From: Alphaproteobacteria bacterium
Lineage (GTDB): Bacteria > Pseudomonadota > Alphaproteobacteria > SHVV01
Length of the DNA stretch: 64,000 nt
Assembly (NCBI GenBank): GCA_965261735.1
Contig: OZ253470.1
Location: 3,072,001-3,136,000, forward strand
Reading direction: 5' to 3'
Shown here: positions 48,260-57,252 of the stretch, in pieces
Position numbering within the stretch: the first letter of the stretch is position 1
Layout: each line of letters begins with the position of its first letter
Made by a program: the position numbers and the translations under genes
Notes under the pieces: generated by a model
What the model was told of the DNA's origin: nothing
Databases searched by the model: none
The model's input: only the letters and a program-made list of their open reading frames with translations

Positions 48260-49321
48260 CTAGTGGAAATCGCGTGAGGGGAAGAGGCGCCGGGACTGAC
48301 CGCGGGTGTCGGGTCCGCCACCACCGCCGCCCGCCTCGTCGCCGCGTCCGGCGGCGAAGGCGAGGAGGGGTGCGGCCGGCGCGGGCGCAGCGCGCGGGGC
48401 ATGTGGCATCTGCGCCAGCGCCCTTTTGGCATCGCCGAGCGCGAGCAACCGATCGGTCATATCGATGAGGCGGTCGGCGACGACGTGGATGACGAGGCCT
48501 TCGCGCTCGAGCTTGCCGATGACGGCGAGCAGGCGCGATCTCAGCACCGCCTTGCGCGCACGCTCGAACAGGCGCGGCCAGATGATCAGGTTGGCGACAC
48601 CGGTTTCGTCCTCGAGGGTGATGAAGATGACGCCCGAGGCGGTGCCCGGGCGCTGGCGGCACATGACCAGCCCGGCGACGCGCACCCGCTTGCCGGCGTC
48701 GATGTCGGCGAGGCGGCGGCTCTCGACATAGCCCTCTCGCGCCAGACTCGGGCGCAGCAGGGCCAGCGGATGGCGCTTCAGGGTGAGGCGCAGCGCCGCG
48801 TAATCATTGATCACCTCCTCGCCGATGGTCATGGCGGGAAGGCGCACCTCGGGCTCGCGATCCGCCTCCGCCGTGGGCGGTGCGGCGGCGAACAGCGGCA
48901 GCGGCGCCGGCCCCAATCCCTTGACCGCCCACAGCGCCTGGCGCCGCGTTAGCCCGATCGAGCGAAAGGCATCAGCCTCGGCGAGGCGTTGCAGCACCGG
49001 GACCGCAAGCCCGCTCCGCCGCCATAGCGCACGCATGTCCTCATAGCCCGCATCGCCCGCGCCGCCCGCGCCGCGCGCCGCCACGAGCTCTTGGCCTTGC
49101 GCTTCGGCGAACCCCTTGATCTGGCGCAAGCCTAGGCGCAGGGCAACACCCGCCGACTCCTCGGCCGCCCCCACCGGGCACGGCTCCAGCGTGCTGTCCC
49201 AATCGCTGTGGTTGACATCGACGGCGCGCACCTCGCCGTTATGGTCGCGCAGGTCGCGCACGATCTGCGCGGGCGCATAAAAGCCCATCGGCTGGCTGTT
49301 CAGCAGGGCGCAGGCGAAGGC
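48260..49321 (-). pseudogene. dnaE2: Error-prone DNA polymerase DnaE2, C-terminal fragment only
   Basis: AFACALLNSQPMGFYAPAQIVRD, RQRPGTASGVIFITLEDETG, terminal SRDFH; PHP and polymerase core absent. Confidence 0.92.
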
Positions 49322-50225
49322 CGACGACCGAGCTCACTATCCCGGCCTGTTCGAGCACCATCGTGTAGTGCGTGCCCACAGAGCGCGAGTCGTCGACGAC
49401 GAGCACGCGGATCGGCTCGGGCAGTTGGCGCTCGGTCAGGGCATCCAATCTCTCGATGAGGCCAACGACGTCCACCGGTTTGGTGAAGTAGCCGTCGGCA
49501 CCGGCGCGTGCGGCCCACAGCCGGGCGCCGAAATCGTCGCGCGAGGATATGTAGACCACCGGCAGGACGCGGTCCGATTCGGAGGCTGCACGGGCGTTGT
49601 TGATTCCGTCGAAGGGGTGTGCGCCCAGGGGTTCCCCCTCGGGAAAGACGATGTCGCAGACGACGGCGAGGGGTCGGGCGCGCCGGATCGCCTTTTCGAC
49701 CGAGGTCCGGTCGGCGAACGTCTCGACCTCATAGCCGAAGCATGCGATCTGATGAGCGAGGTCATCGGCCACCTCCTGGTAGTCGTCGACTACATAGATG
49801 GCGCTGGCCTTATCGGTCGGCGGGGACGAAATAGCCGCGGGCCGCTCGACCTCCGGCATGGCGGGAAGAGCCTCGGGTAACGATCCCGCGGCGTCGTCGC
49901 CGCAGCGCTGAACCTCGCCGAGCATCGCGTCGATCTCGGCGGCGTAGGGCGCCGTGTCACCGTCGGCGTCGCGCCAAATCTCGTTAAGCCTGAGTTCGAG
50001 CGCCTTGGCGTGGACGCTGACCTCGGAGAAGCCGAACGTCGCCGCAGAGCCGACGATGTTATGGGCCAGGCGAATGAGCGTTCGCAGGTCTTCGGCAGAA
50101 TCGCCGCCCTCGCTGTAGCGGCGCCAAACCTGAACGACTTCGCCGATGCGCGCCGCCAGGCCGCGCGCATAGCCAACCCGCAGCGCTTCTAGACGCGAGC
50201 GAGTGTGGGCGTCGAATTCAGCCAT
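49322..50225 (-). pseudogene. Hpt-REC-REC response regulator, truncated in the second receiver (output domain lost)
   Basis: LAHNIVGSAATFG Hpt, IYVVDD...TKP receiver, RVLVVDD receiver cut at the dnaE2 junction. Confidence 0.8.
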
Positions 50226-50612
50226 GATGACGCGCCCAAAGGGTCTGCACGGCTTCCGCGAGGGTCATCGGGTTGAACGGTTTGGCGATGACGTCGATCG
50301 CCCCGAGCTCGAGGTATCCCTCGATCTCGTGGGGCTGCACCTTTGCGGTCATAAAGATGACCGGCACCGTGGCCGCTTCCGGAACCGCCCGCAGTGCCCG
50401 CAGTGTCGAGGGACCGTCCATGTCGGGCATCATGACATCGAGCAGGATGAGGTCGGGGGGGGGCGCCTTCTGATCTCGGAAAGCGCCTCGGCGCCCGAGC
50501 CGCACAGCGTGACCTCGAAGCCGCCCGTGGCTTCGAGCGCGAGCGATGCGACCCTCTGAATATCGGGCTCGTCGTCCACGTACAGGATGCGCTCGAGGGC
50601 TGGCGTGGGCAT
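50218..50612 (-). pseudogene. Single-domain response regulator frameshifted at a C9 tract
   Basis: RILYVDDEPDI half and DLILLDVMMPDMDG...AKPF half lie in different frames across the G9 run at 50455-50463. Confidence 0.85.
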
Positions 50613-50760
50613 GGCGCTCGCTACTCGCTCTTGCTGGCGCCGAAGGGTCGGCCGGCCGAGGCCCGCGTCGATCCGCAACCGGCGCGCCGGCGCTCGCTGG
50701 TGTCGCGTCGATGACCGCCAGTGTGCGCAGGAAAGATGCAGAATTGCTTAAGTGGCGCGG

Positions 50761-51132
50761 CTAGGGCTTCTTGAGGATGTCGCGCACGGTGGCGAGCAGA
50801 GAGGCTCGATCGAAGGGCTTGGTCAGGCTCCCCTCGGCGCCCAGCTTTTTCGCAATCGAGAGGAAGTCGGGTGGACCGTTCAAATCGATTCCCGACATCG
50901 CGACGATCTTGTCACCGGGAAACGCCCGGCAAAGGTTGCGGATCGTTTCGATCCCTTCGCTCTTGGGCATGTAAATGTCCGTCAAGACGAGGTCGGCGGG
51001 GTTAGCGGCGTACAGATTGAAGCCGCTATCGCCGTTATCCGCGTCAATCACCTCATAGCCGGCGTCCTCGAGGAGATCGCGAAGAAGCGTGCGCACCCCG
51101 GAATCGTCGTCAATGATCAGGACTCGGGCCAT
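50761..51132 (-). CDS. Single-domain response regulator
   Basis: VLIIDDD, LTDIYMP, TKPF. Confidence 0.9.
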   Translation of the reverse strand: MARVLIIDDDSGVRTLLRDLLEDAGYEVIDADNGDSGFNLYAANPADLVLTDIYMPKSEGIETIRNLCRAFPGDKIVAMSGIDLNGPPDFLSIAKKLGAEGSLTKPFDRASLLATVRDILKKP

Positions 51133-51294
51133 GCTTCGTATTTAGGCTGCCGGGCGTTTGGAGAGGGCGGCCGCAGCCGCTAACCCTCGCATCGAATGCT
51201 CACGCCCGCAAACGAAAAAGTTGCGGCAGAGATCTACTGTTCTATTTATGCGGGCAGCATGCCGGTCGCATCCGCGCGACCTCGCGAGCGAGCG

Positions 51295-51663
51295 CTAGGC
51301 GTCCGCTAGGGCACCGCGCACGGTGTCGACGAGTTGGGCCTGGTGAAAGGGCTTGATCAAGGTGCGACGGGCGCCCAGCTTACGTGCAAAAGCTAGGTAG
51401 TCGGCTTCGCCCGCGGTGTGGCCGGTCATGGCGACGATCTTCACGGCGGGGAACATGCGGCGCAGGTTCAGGATGGTCTCCATGCCTTCGCCTACGGGCA
51501 TGAAAATGTCGGTTATCACGAGGTCTGTCGGGTGGGCGCAATACCGGCTTAAGCCAGTCCTACCATTGTCGGCCTCGGTAACCTCGAACCCCTCCTCCTC
51601 CAGGAGTAGTCGCACCAGCGCGCGGACGTCGGCGTCGTCATCGATAACCAGGATACTCGTCAT
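51295..51663 (-). CDS. Single-domain response regulator (paralogue of 50761-51132)
   Basis: ILVIDDD, ITDIFMP, IKPF. Confidence 0.9.
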   Translation of the reverse strand: MTSILVIDDDADVRALVRLLLEEEGFEVTEADNGRTGLSRYCAHPTDLVITDIFMPVGEGMETILNLRRMFPAVKIVAMTGHTAGEADYLAFARKLGARRTLIKPFHQAQLVDTVRGALADA

Positions 51664-51853
51664 CGCCCCCGGTCCCCTCGGGCTAGGGCAGAGCCGCGAA
51701 TATGTCCCGTGAGTTGTACCCAAACAGTTAATGCTTTCGACCTTCAGCGAGAGCGCCCGCGGCGCGGTGCTTGACGTCACAAGGCCTCCGGTGTTGCACT
51801 CGCGCCGCCTGGGCACGGGCCGTGCTTGCCGGCGGGCCAGACGAGCGAGTGAC

Positions 51854-52642
51854 GTGGGCGTGGGCGATCGACGCGGTGACCTGCAGGCTCTGACAACTTC
51901 GGTATGCGAGATTGCGCGCGCCGCGGGCGCGGAGATCATGCGCCACTACGAAGGTGCCGTGCGCGTGCGCAGGAAGCACGATGATTCACCCGTCACCGAC
52001 GCCGACGAGGCTGCCGAACGGTTGATCCTCTCCGGGCTCCGGGAAATCGCTCCGGCGACCCCTGTGGTGGCCGAGGAGCAGACATCGCGCGGCGGGGCGG
52101 CTGCCGTCGGGGAGGGCCGATTTTGGTTGGTCGATCCGCTCGACGGCACGCGCGAGTTCATCAGCCGCAACGGCGAGTTCACCGTGAACGTGGCGCTCGT
52201 CGAGAGCGGCCGCCCGATCCTAGGGGTCGTCTACCTACCGGCGCGGCGACTCCTCTATTGCGCCTATGCCCCGGGTGCCGCGTTCGTCCAGGGAGACGGC
52301 GCAGCTCCGAAGCCGATCGCGTGCCGGCCCGTACCGCAGGCCGGACTCGTCGTGGTCGCCAGCCGGTCGCACCGCGATGAACGCACCGAGGCGTATATTA
52401 ATGGGCTCGATGTTGCGCGCTTCACGGCTGCCGGCAGTTCGCTCAAGTTCTGCCGCGTCGCCAGCGGGGAGGCCGACCTTTATCCGCGTTTTGGGCGCAC
52501 CATGGAATGGGACACCGCCGCCGGTCACGCGGTGCTGGCCGCCGCCGGCGGCAGCGTGAAGACCTTGGACGGTGCCGAGCTGGCGTACGGCAAGCCGGGC
52601 TACGAGAACCCCGAGTTTATCGCCCGCGGCCGCGACTCGTGA
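51854..52642 (+). CDS. cysQ: 3'(2'),5'-bisphosphate nucleotidase CysQ
   Basis: SPVTDAD, VDPLDGTREF, GSSLKFC, MEWDTAAG. Confidence 0.93.
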   Translation: MGVGDRRGDLQALTTSVCEIARAAGAEIMRHYEGAVRVRRKHDDSPVTDADEAAERLILSGLREIAPATPVVAEEQTSRGGAAAVGEGRFWLVDPLDGTREFISRNGEFTVNVALVESGRPILGVVYLPARRLLYCAYAPGAAFVQGDGAAPKPIACRPVPQAGLVVVASRSHRDERTEAYINGLDVARFTAAGSSLKFCRVASGEADLYPRFGRTMEWDTAAGHAVLAAAGGSVKTLDGAELAYGKPGYENPEFIARGRDS

Positions 52643-52650
52643 TCGGCGCC

Positions 52651-53646
52651 TTAGGCCGCGAGGTCGATGACGATGCGCCCGCGCACCTGGCCGGCGAGGA
52701 TCGCCTCGGCGAGCTTCGGGACGTCGGCCAGCGGCGCGACGTCGGTCATCGAGTCGAGCTTGTCCTTGGGCAGGTCGCGGTCGAGCCGGCGCCACGCCTC
52801 ACGCCGGACATCGCCCGGGCAGGTGACCGAGTTGATGCCGACCAGGCTGACGCCGCGCAGAATGAAGGGCAGTACCGTGGTCGAGAAATTGACGCCGCCG
52901 GCGAGCCCACAGGCGGCAACGGCCCCGTTGACGCGGGTCGCCCTCAACAGGCTCGCCAGCGTTTCGCCGCCAACCGAATCGATGGCCCCGGACCAGCGCT
53001 CGGGCTCGAGCGGCCGCGTGGCCCCGGCGGCGAGTTCGGCGCGCTCGATGATCGTCGTAGCGCCCAGCCCCTTCAGGTAGTCGTGGAGTTCCGGCCGGCC
53101 GGTCGAGGCGGCCACGCGATGGCCGAGGGCGGCGAGCAGGGCGATAGCGACGCTGCCGACGCCGCCGGCCGCACCGGTCACGATGACTTCGTGCTCCCCC
53201 GGTGCGACCCCCATGTGCTCGAGCGCCATCACGCTCAGCATCGAGGTAAAGCCCGCGGTGCCGATCGCCATCGCCTGCTCGAGACTCAAGCCCTCCGGCA
53301 AGGGAACGAGCCACGCCGCCGGCACCCGGGCCTTGCCGGCGTAGCCGCCCCAGTGAGTCTCGCTCAGGCCCCAGCCGGTGCACAGGACCTCGGCACCCGG
53401 TGCGAAGTCCGGGACCGTCGAGCTCTCGACGGTGCCGGCGAAGTCGATGCCAAGCACCATGGGAAAGCGGCGCGCGATCTTGCCCTTGCCGGTAACGGCG
53501 AGGCCGTCCTTGTAGTTGAGCGTGGAGCAGGCGAGCGCGACGGTGACCTCACCCTCCGGGAGATCGGCGGTGCTCAGCTCCCTGAACTCGGCCCTGCTCC
53601 TGCCATCGACTTCGTCGGCGACCAGCGCCGTAAAGGTATCGCTCAT
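52651..53646 (-). CDS. acuI: Acrylyl-CoA reductase AcuI/YhdH family MDR oxidoreductase
   Basis: STLNYKDGLA, GTAGFT, TGAAGGVGS, PFILRGVSL.GI.SV. Confidence 0.88.
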   Translation of the reverse strand: MSDTFTALVADEVDGRSRAEFRELSTADLPEGEVTVALACSTLNYKDGLAVTGKGKIARRFPMVLGIDFAGTVESSTVPDFAPGAEVLCTGWGLSETHWGGYAGKARVPAAWLVPLPEGLSLEQAMAIGTAGFTSMLSVMALEHMGVAPGEHEVIVTGAAGGVGSVAIALLAALGHRVAASTGRPELHDYLKGLGATTIIERAELAAGATRPLEPERWSGAIDSVGGETLASLLRATRVNGAVAACGLAGGVNFSTTVLPFILRGVSLVGINSVTCPGDVRREAWRRLDRDLPKDKLDSMTDVAPLADVPKLAEAILAGQVRGRIVIDLAA

Positions 53647-53653
53647 CGGCGTC

Positions 53654-55240
53654 TCATACTCCTTCGCCCTCAACCAAATCGCCGCGCGCATAGAGCTCGC
53701 CGCGGATCAAATGTTTGGGCACCTTGCCATAGGCCGACTTCGGTACCTCGTCCCAGAAGAAGAACCGGCGCGGACGCTTGTAGCCGGCGATGCGGCCCTC
53801 GAGGTAGTCGGCCAGGTCCTGGGCGCTCGTGCTTTCGCCCGCCTTGGTCACGACGACGGCAACGCCCGACTCGCCCCACTTGGGGTCGGGGACGCCGAGC
53901 ACCGCGGCCTCCGAGACCGCGCCATGCGTGAGCAGCACCTCCTCGATCTCGCGCGGGTAGATGTTGGTGCCGCCGGAGATGAACATGTCCGAGGCGCGGC
54001 CCGTGATGTACAGGAAGCCTTCGCCATCGAGCTGGCCGAGGTCGCCGGTGTGGAACCAGCCCTCCCTGAAGCACTGCGCGTCGGCGTCGGGGTTGTCGAA
54101 GTAGCCCTTGAGCACCGCCGGCCCGCGCACGCAAATCTCGCCCTGCTTGCCGGTCTCGAGCCGGCGCCCCTCGGCGTCGCGAATGGCGATCTCCATGCCG
54201 ATACGGGCCAGGCCGCAGGTGCCGGGGCGCGCCATCGGGTCATCATCGTCGGCCGTGTGCATGTGGGCCGGGAGCGCGGTGATGCAGCCCGGCACCTCGC
54301 CCATGCCGTAATACTGCACCAGCACCGGACCGAGGACAGCCAGCGCCTTTTTCTGATCCTCGCGATACATGGGCGCTCCGGCATAGACGACGTGGCGCAG
54401 CGAGGAATGGTCGTGGCGCTCTACGGCCGGGTGCTCGACCAGCATCTTCACGATCGTCGGTACGGTGAAGAGGTTGCTCACACGGTGCCGCTCGACCAGC
54501 CGCCAGCACTCCTCGACGTCGAGGCCTTGGGCCTCCGGGATCACGGTCTTGGCGCCGCGCGCCACGTTGGGCAGCAGGTGCGCGCCGGCGCCGTGCGACA
54601 GCGGCGCGACGACCAGCGAGGCGTCCTCGTGCGTCAGCCCCGGGACCAGCTCCGCCAGCATGCTGGTGGTGACGAATCCGAGCAGGCCGTGGGTGAGGAC
54701 CGCGCCCTTTGAGCGCCCCGTGGTGCCCGAGGTATAGAAATGCCAGCACGGATCGTCGGCGTCGACCTCGGCCTCCCAGGCTGGCGCCCCGAGGTGAGCG
54801 GCAACCAGGGCATCGTAGAGGTGGGCGCCGTCGCCGGGCTCGGCGATGGCGATGACGTGGGCGAGTTCCGGCGTGGCCGCGCGCGCCGCCGCCACGTGCT
54901 CGTCGTAGCCGGCATCGTGGATGATCGCGCTGGCGCGGCAGTTCTGGGCGATATAGGCGACCTCGGGCGGGGCCAGGCGAAAGTTGCACGCAACCCACAC
55001 GGCGCCGAGCTTGAATGTCGCCCACATGGCCTCGAACATCTGCAGGTTGTTGCGCGAGAGCACCAGGATACGGTCGCCCTTGGCGAGCCCGAGGCCCTTG
55101 AGCGCGGCGACCATGGCGTTGACGCGGTCGTCGATCTCGCGCCAGGTCCGCGACTCGTTGCCCTTGACGAGGCCGATACGGTCGGAATGGAGCCGCGCCG
55201 TATCCGACAGCAGCCGGCCGAGATTAGGGGTGGCTCGCAT
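53654..55240 (-). CDS. Acyl-CoA synthetase (AMP-binding)
   Basis: YTSGTTGRSKG, YGMGE, WFHTGDLG, PKSAYGK. Confidence 0.93.
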   Translation of the reverse strand: MRATPNLGRLLSDTARLHSDRIGLVKGNESRTWREIDDRVNAMVAALKGLGLAKGDRILVLSRNNLQMFEAMWATFKLGAVWVACNFRLAPPEVAYIAQNCRASAIIHDAGYDEHVAAARAATPELAHVIAIAEPGDGAHLYDALVAAHLGAPAWEAEVDADDPCWHFYTSGTTGRSKGAVLTHGLLGFVTTSMLAELVPGLTHEDASLVVAPLSHGAGAHLLPNVARGAKTVIPEAQGLDVEECWRLVERHRVSNLFTVPTIVKMLVEHPAVERHDHSSLRHVVYAGAPMYREDQKKALAVLGPVLVQYYGMGEVPGCITALPAHMHTADDDDPMARPGTCGLARIGMEIAIRDAEGRRLETGKQGEICVRGPAVLKGYFDNPDADAQCFREGWFHTGDLGQLDGEGFLYITGRASDMFISGGTNIYPREIEEVLLTHGAVSEAAVLGVPDPKWGESGVAVVVTKAGESTSAQDLADYLEGRIAGYKRPRRFFFWDEVPKSAYGKVPKHLIRGELYARGDLVEGEGV

Positions 55241-55272
55241 GCGCTCCTTCAGCCCCTATCCGACGGTCTGCC

Positions 55273-56439
55273 CTAGCGCAGCGCCTCGAGGATGCTGACG
55301 AAATTGGCCACCGCCGAGCCGCCCATATTGAACACGCCGGCGAGCTTGGCGTCCTTGATCTGACAGCCGTCGGCGCTGCCGTTGAGCTGGCGCGCGGCCA
55401 TGACGTGCATGGAGACGCCGGTGGCGCCGATGGGGTGGCCCTTGGACTTGAGGCCGCCCGAGGGATTGACCGGCAGCCGGCCGTCCTTCTCGGTCCAGCC
55501 CTCGTCGATCGCGCGCGCCCCCTCGCCCTGCGAGGTCAGACCCATGGCCTCGTATTCGAGGAGCTCGGCGATGGTGAAGCAATCGTGGCTCTCGACCATA
55601 CTGAGGTCGTCGAGTGCGACGCGCGCGCTCGCGAGCGCCTGCCGCCAGGCCTGCGCCGGCCCCTCCATCGCCAGGATGTCGCGGCGGCTGAAGGGAAGGA
55701 AGTCGTTGACCTGCTCGGCCGCGCGAAAGACGATCGCCTTGTCCAAAGTGAGCGCCGTCTCGACGTCGGCCAGCACCACGGCGGCGGCCCCGTCCGACAC
55801 CATCGAGCAGTCCGTTCGCCTCAGGGGGGCGACGAGGATCGGGTTCTTGTCCGACACGGTGCGGCAGAACTCGTAGCCGAGGTCCTTCTGCATGTGTGCC
55901 AGCGGATTGACGGCGCCGTTCTTGTGGTTCTTCGCGGCAATACGGGCGAGCGCATCCGAGCGATCGCCGTAGCGCTGGAAATATTGCTGCATCATGAGCG
56001 CGAACATGCCGGGAAAGGTCATGCCCTGCCCCGCCTCTTCCTTGTAGTAGCTGCAGCGGGCGAGGGCGTTGGTAACCTCGGGCGTGGACACCCCCGTCAT
56101 CTTTTCGACGCCGACCACGAGGACGATGCGGGCGCGCTTGGCGGCTATCACGTTGAGCCCCTGGTGGATCGCGGCCGAGCCCGTGGCGCACGCATTCTCG
56201 ACCCGCGTCGTCGGCTTGAAGCGCAAGGAATCGTCGAGCTGCAGGACGAGCGAGGCCGGGAACTCCTGGACATCCATGCCGCCGTTGTAGGTGCCGAGGT
56301 AGATGGCGTCGATGTCGGCCGGCGCGATACCGGCATCTGCGACGGCCTCGGCGGCAGCTGAGGTGACCAGGCCCTCGAGGTCCATGTCCTCGAGCTTGCC
56401 GAAGCGCGTGTGTCCCCAGCCCACGATACAAGCAGTCAT
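55273..56439 (-). CDS. Acetyl-CoA acetyltransferase (SCP2-type thiolase)
   Basis: ENACATGS, HDCFTIAE, GHPIGATG, NMGG. Confidence 0.93.
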   Translation of the reverse strand: MTACIVGWGHTRFGKLEDMDLEGLVTSAAAEAVADAGIAPADIDAIYLGTYNGGMDVQEFPASLVLQLDDSLRFKPTTRVENACATGSAAIHQGLNVIAAKRARIVLVVGVEKMTGVSTPEVTNALARCSYYKEEAGQGMTFPGMFALMMQQYFQRYGDRSDALARIAAKNHKNGAVNPLAHMQKDLGYEFCRTVSDKNPILVAPLRRTDCSMVSDGAAAVVLADVETALTLDKAIVFRAAEQVNDFLPFSRRDILAMEGPAQAWRQALASARVALDDLSMVESHDCFTIAELLEYEAMGLTSQGEGARAIDEGWTEKDGRLPVNPSGGLKSKGHPIGATGVSMHVMAARQLNGSADGCQIKDAKLAGVFNMGGSAVANFVSILEALR

Positions 56440-56592
56440 GACGGCGCCCTCCAAGGATCGTCGCACCGAGCATAGCAGACTCGCTTACGCCCGGTAACGG
56501 CGAGCGGCGCTTGGACCTGCGCTAGGCGCGGCTTGGCCAATGCGCCGTTTTCGTGCGATGAGGTGCCGTCCGCCGAACCAAACGGAGGCCAG

Positions 56593-57246
56593 ATGTACAC
56601 GCTCTATTGGAACCCGAGCGCATCGTCGCTTGTGGCGATGGCGGTGCTGGAGGAAATCGGCGCCGACTACGAAGGGGTGCTGATAGACGCCGGCGCCGGC
56701 GAGCACCGCAAGCCCGAGTACCGCAAGATCCATCCTCTCGGCCTCATACCGGCGCTGCGGCTGGCGGACGGCCGAGTGATGTTCGAGTCCGCGGGTATCG
56801 TCCTGCATCTCTGTGACCGCCATGCCGAGGCCGGGTTGGCACCCTCACTGGTGGATCCCGAGCGGACGTTCTACTATCAGTGGCTGCTTTTCCTGGCCGA
56901 TACCCTCTATCCAACCTACAACCGGTTCTACCACGCCGAACGCTTCTCCTCGGACCCGGGCGATGCGCACAAGGTGATGGATCAGGCGCGAAAGCATTTG
57001 GCGGATCAATGGCAGGTTGTCGAGGACGCGCTCCAGGGCCGACGCTGGCTGCTCGGCGAGCGCTTTTCGGCCGCCGACATCTACATGCAGATGGTGACGA
57101 CCTGGGACGAGAATGGCGCAGCCTTTGCCGCGCGCCACCCGAATATCGCGCGCTGCGCCGCAGGCGTTGCCGAGCGGCCGGCGGTCAAGCGCGCGCTCGA
57201 CAGGCATGTCATACTCTCGGCCGCCGCCAGCGATCGGGAGGCGTGA
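56593..57246 (+). CDS. Glutathione S-transferase family protein
   Basis: HPLGLIPAL, FESAGI, WLLGERFSAADIY. Confidence 0.92.
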   Translation: MYTLYWNPSASSLVAMAVLEEIGADYEGVLIDAGAGEHRKPEYRKIHPLGLIPALRLADGRVMFESAGIVLHLCDRHAEAGLAPSLVDPERTFYYQWLLFLADTLYPTYNRFYHAERFSSDPGDAHKVMDQARKHLADQWQVVEDALQGRRWLLGERFSAADIYMQMVTTWDENGAAFAARHPNIARCAAGVAERPAVKRALDRHVILSAAASDREA

Positions 57247-57252
57247 CGGTCC

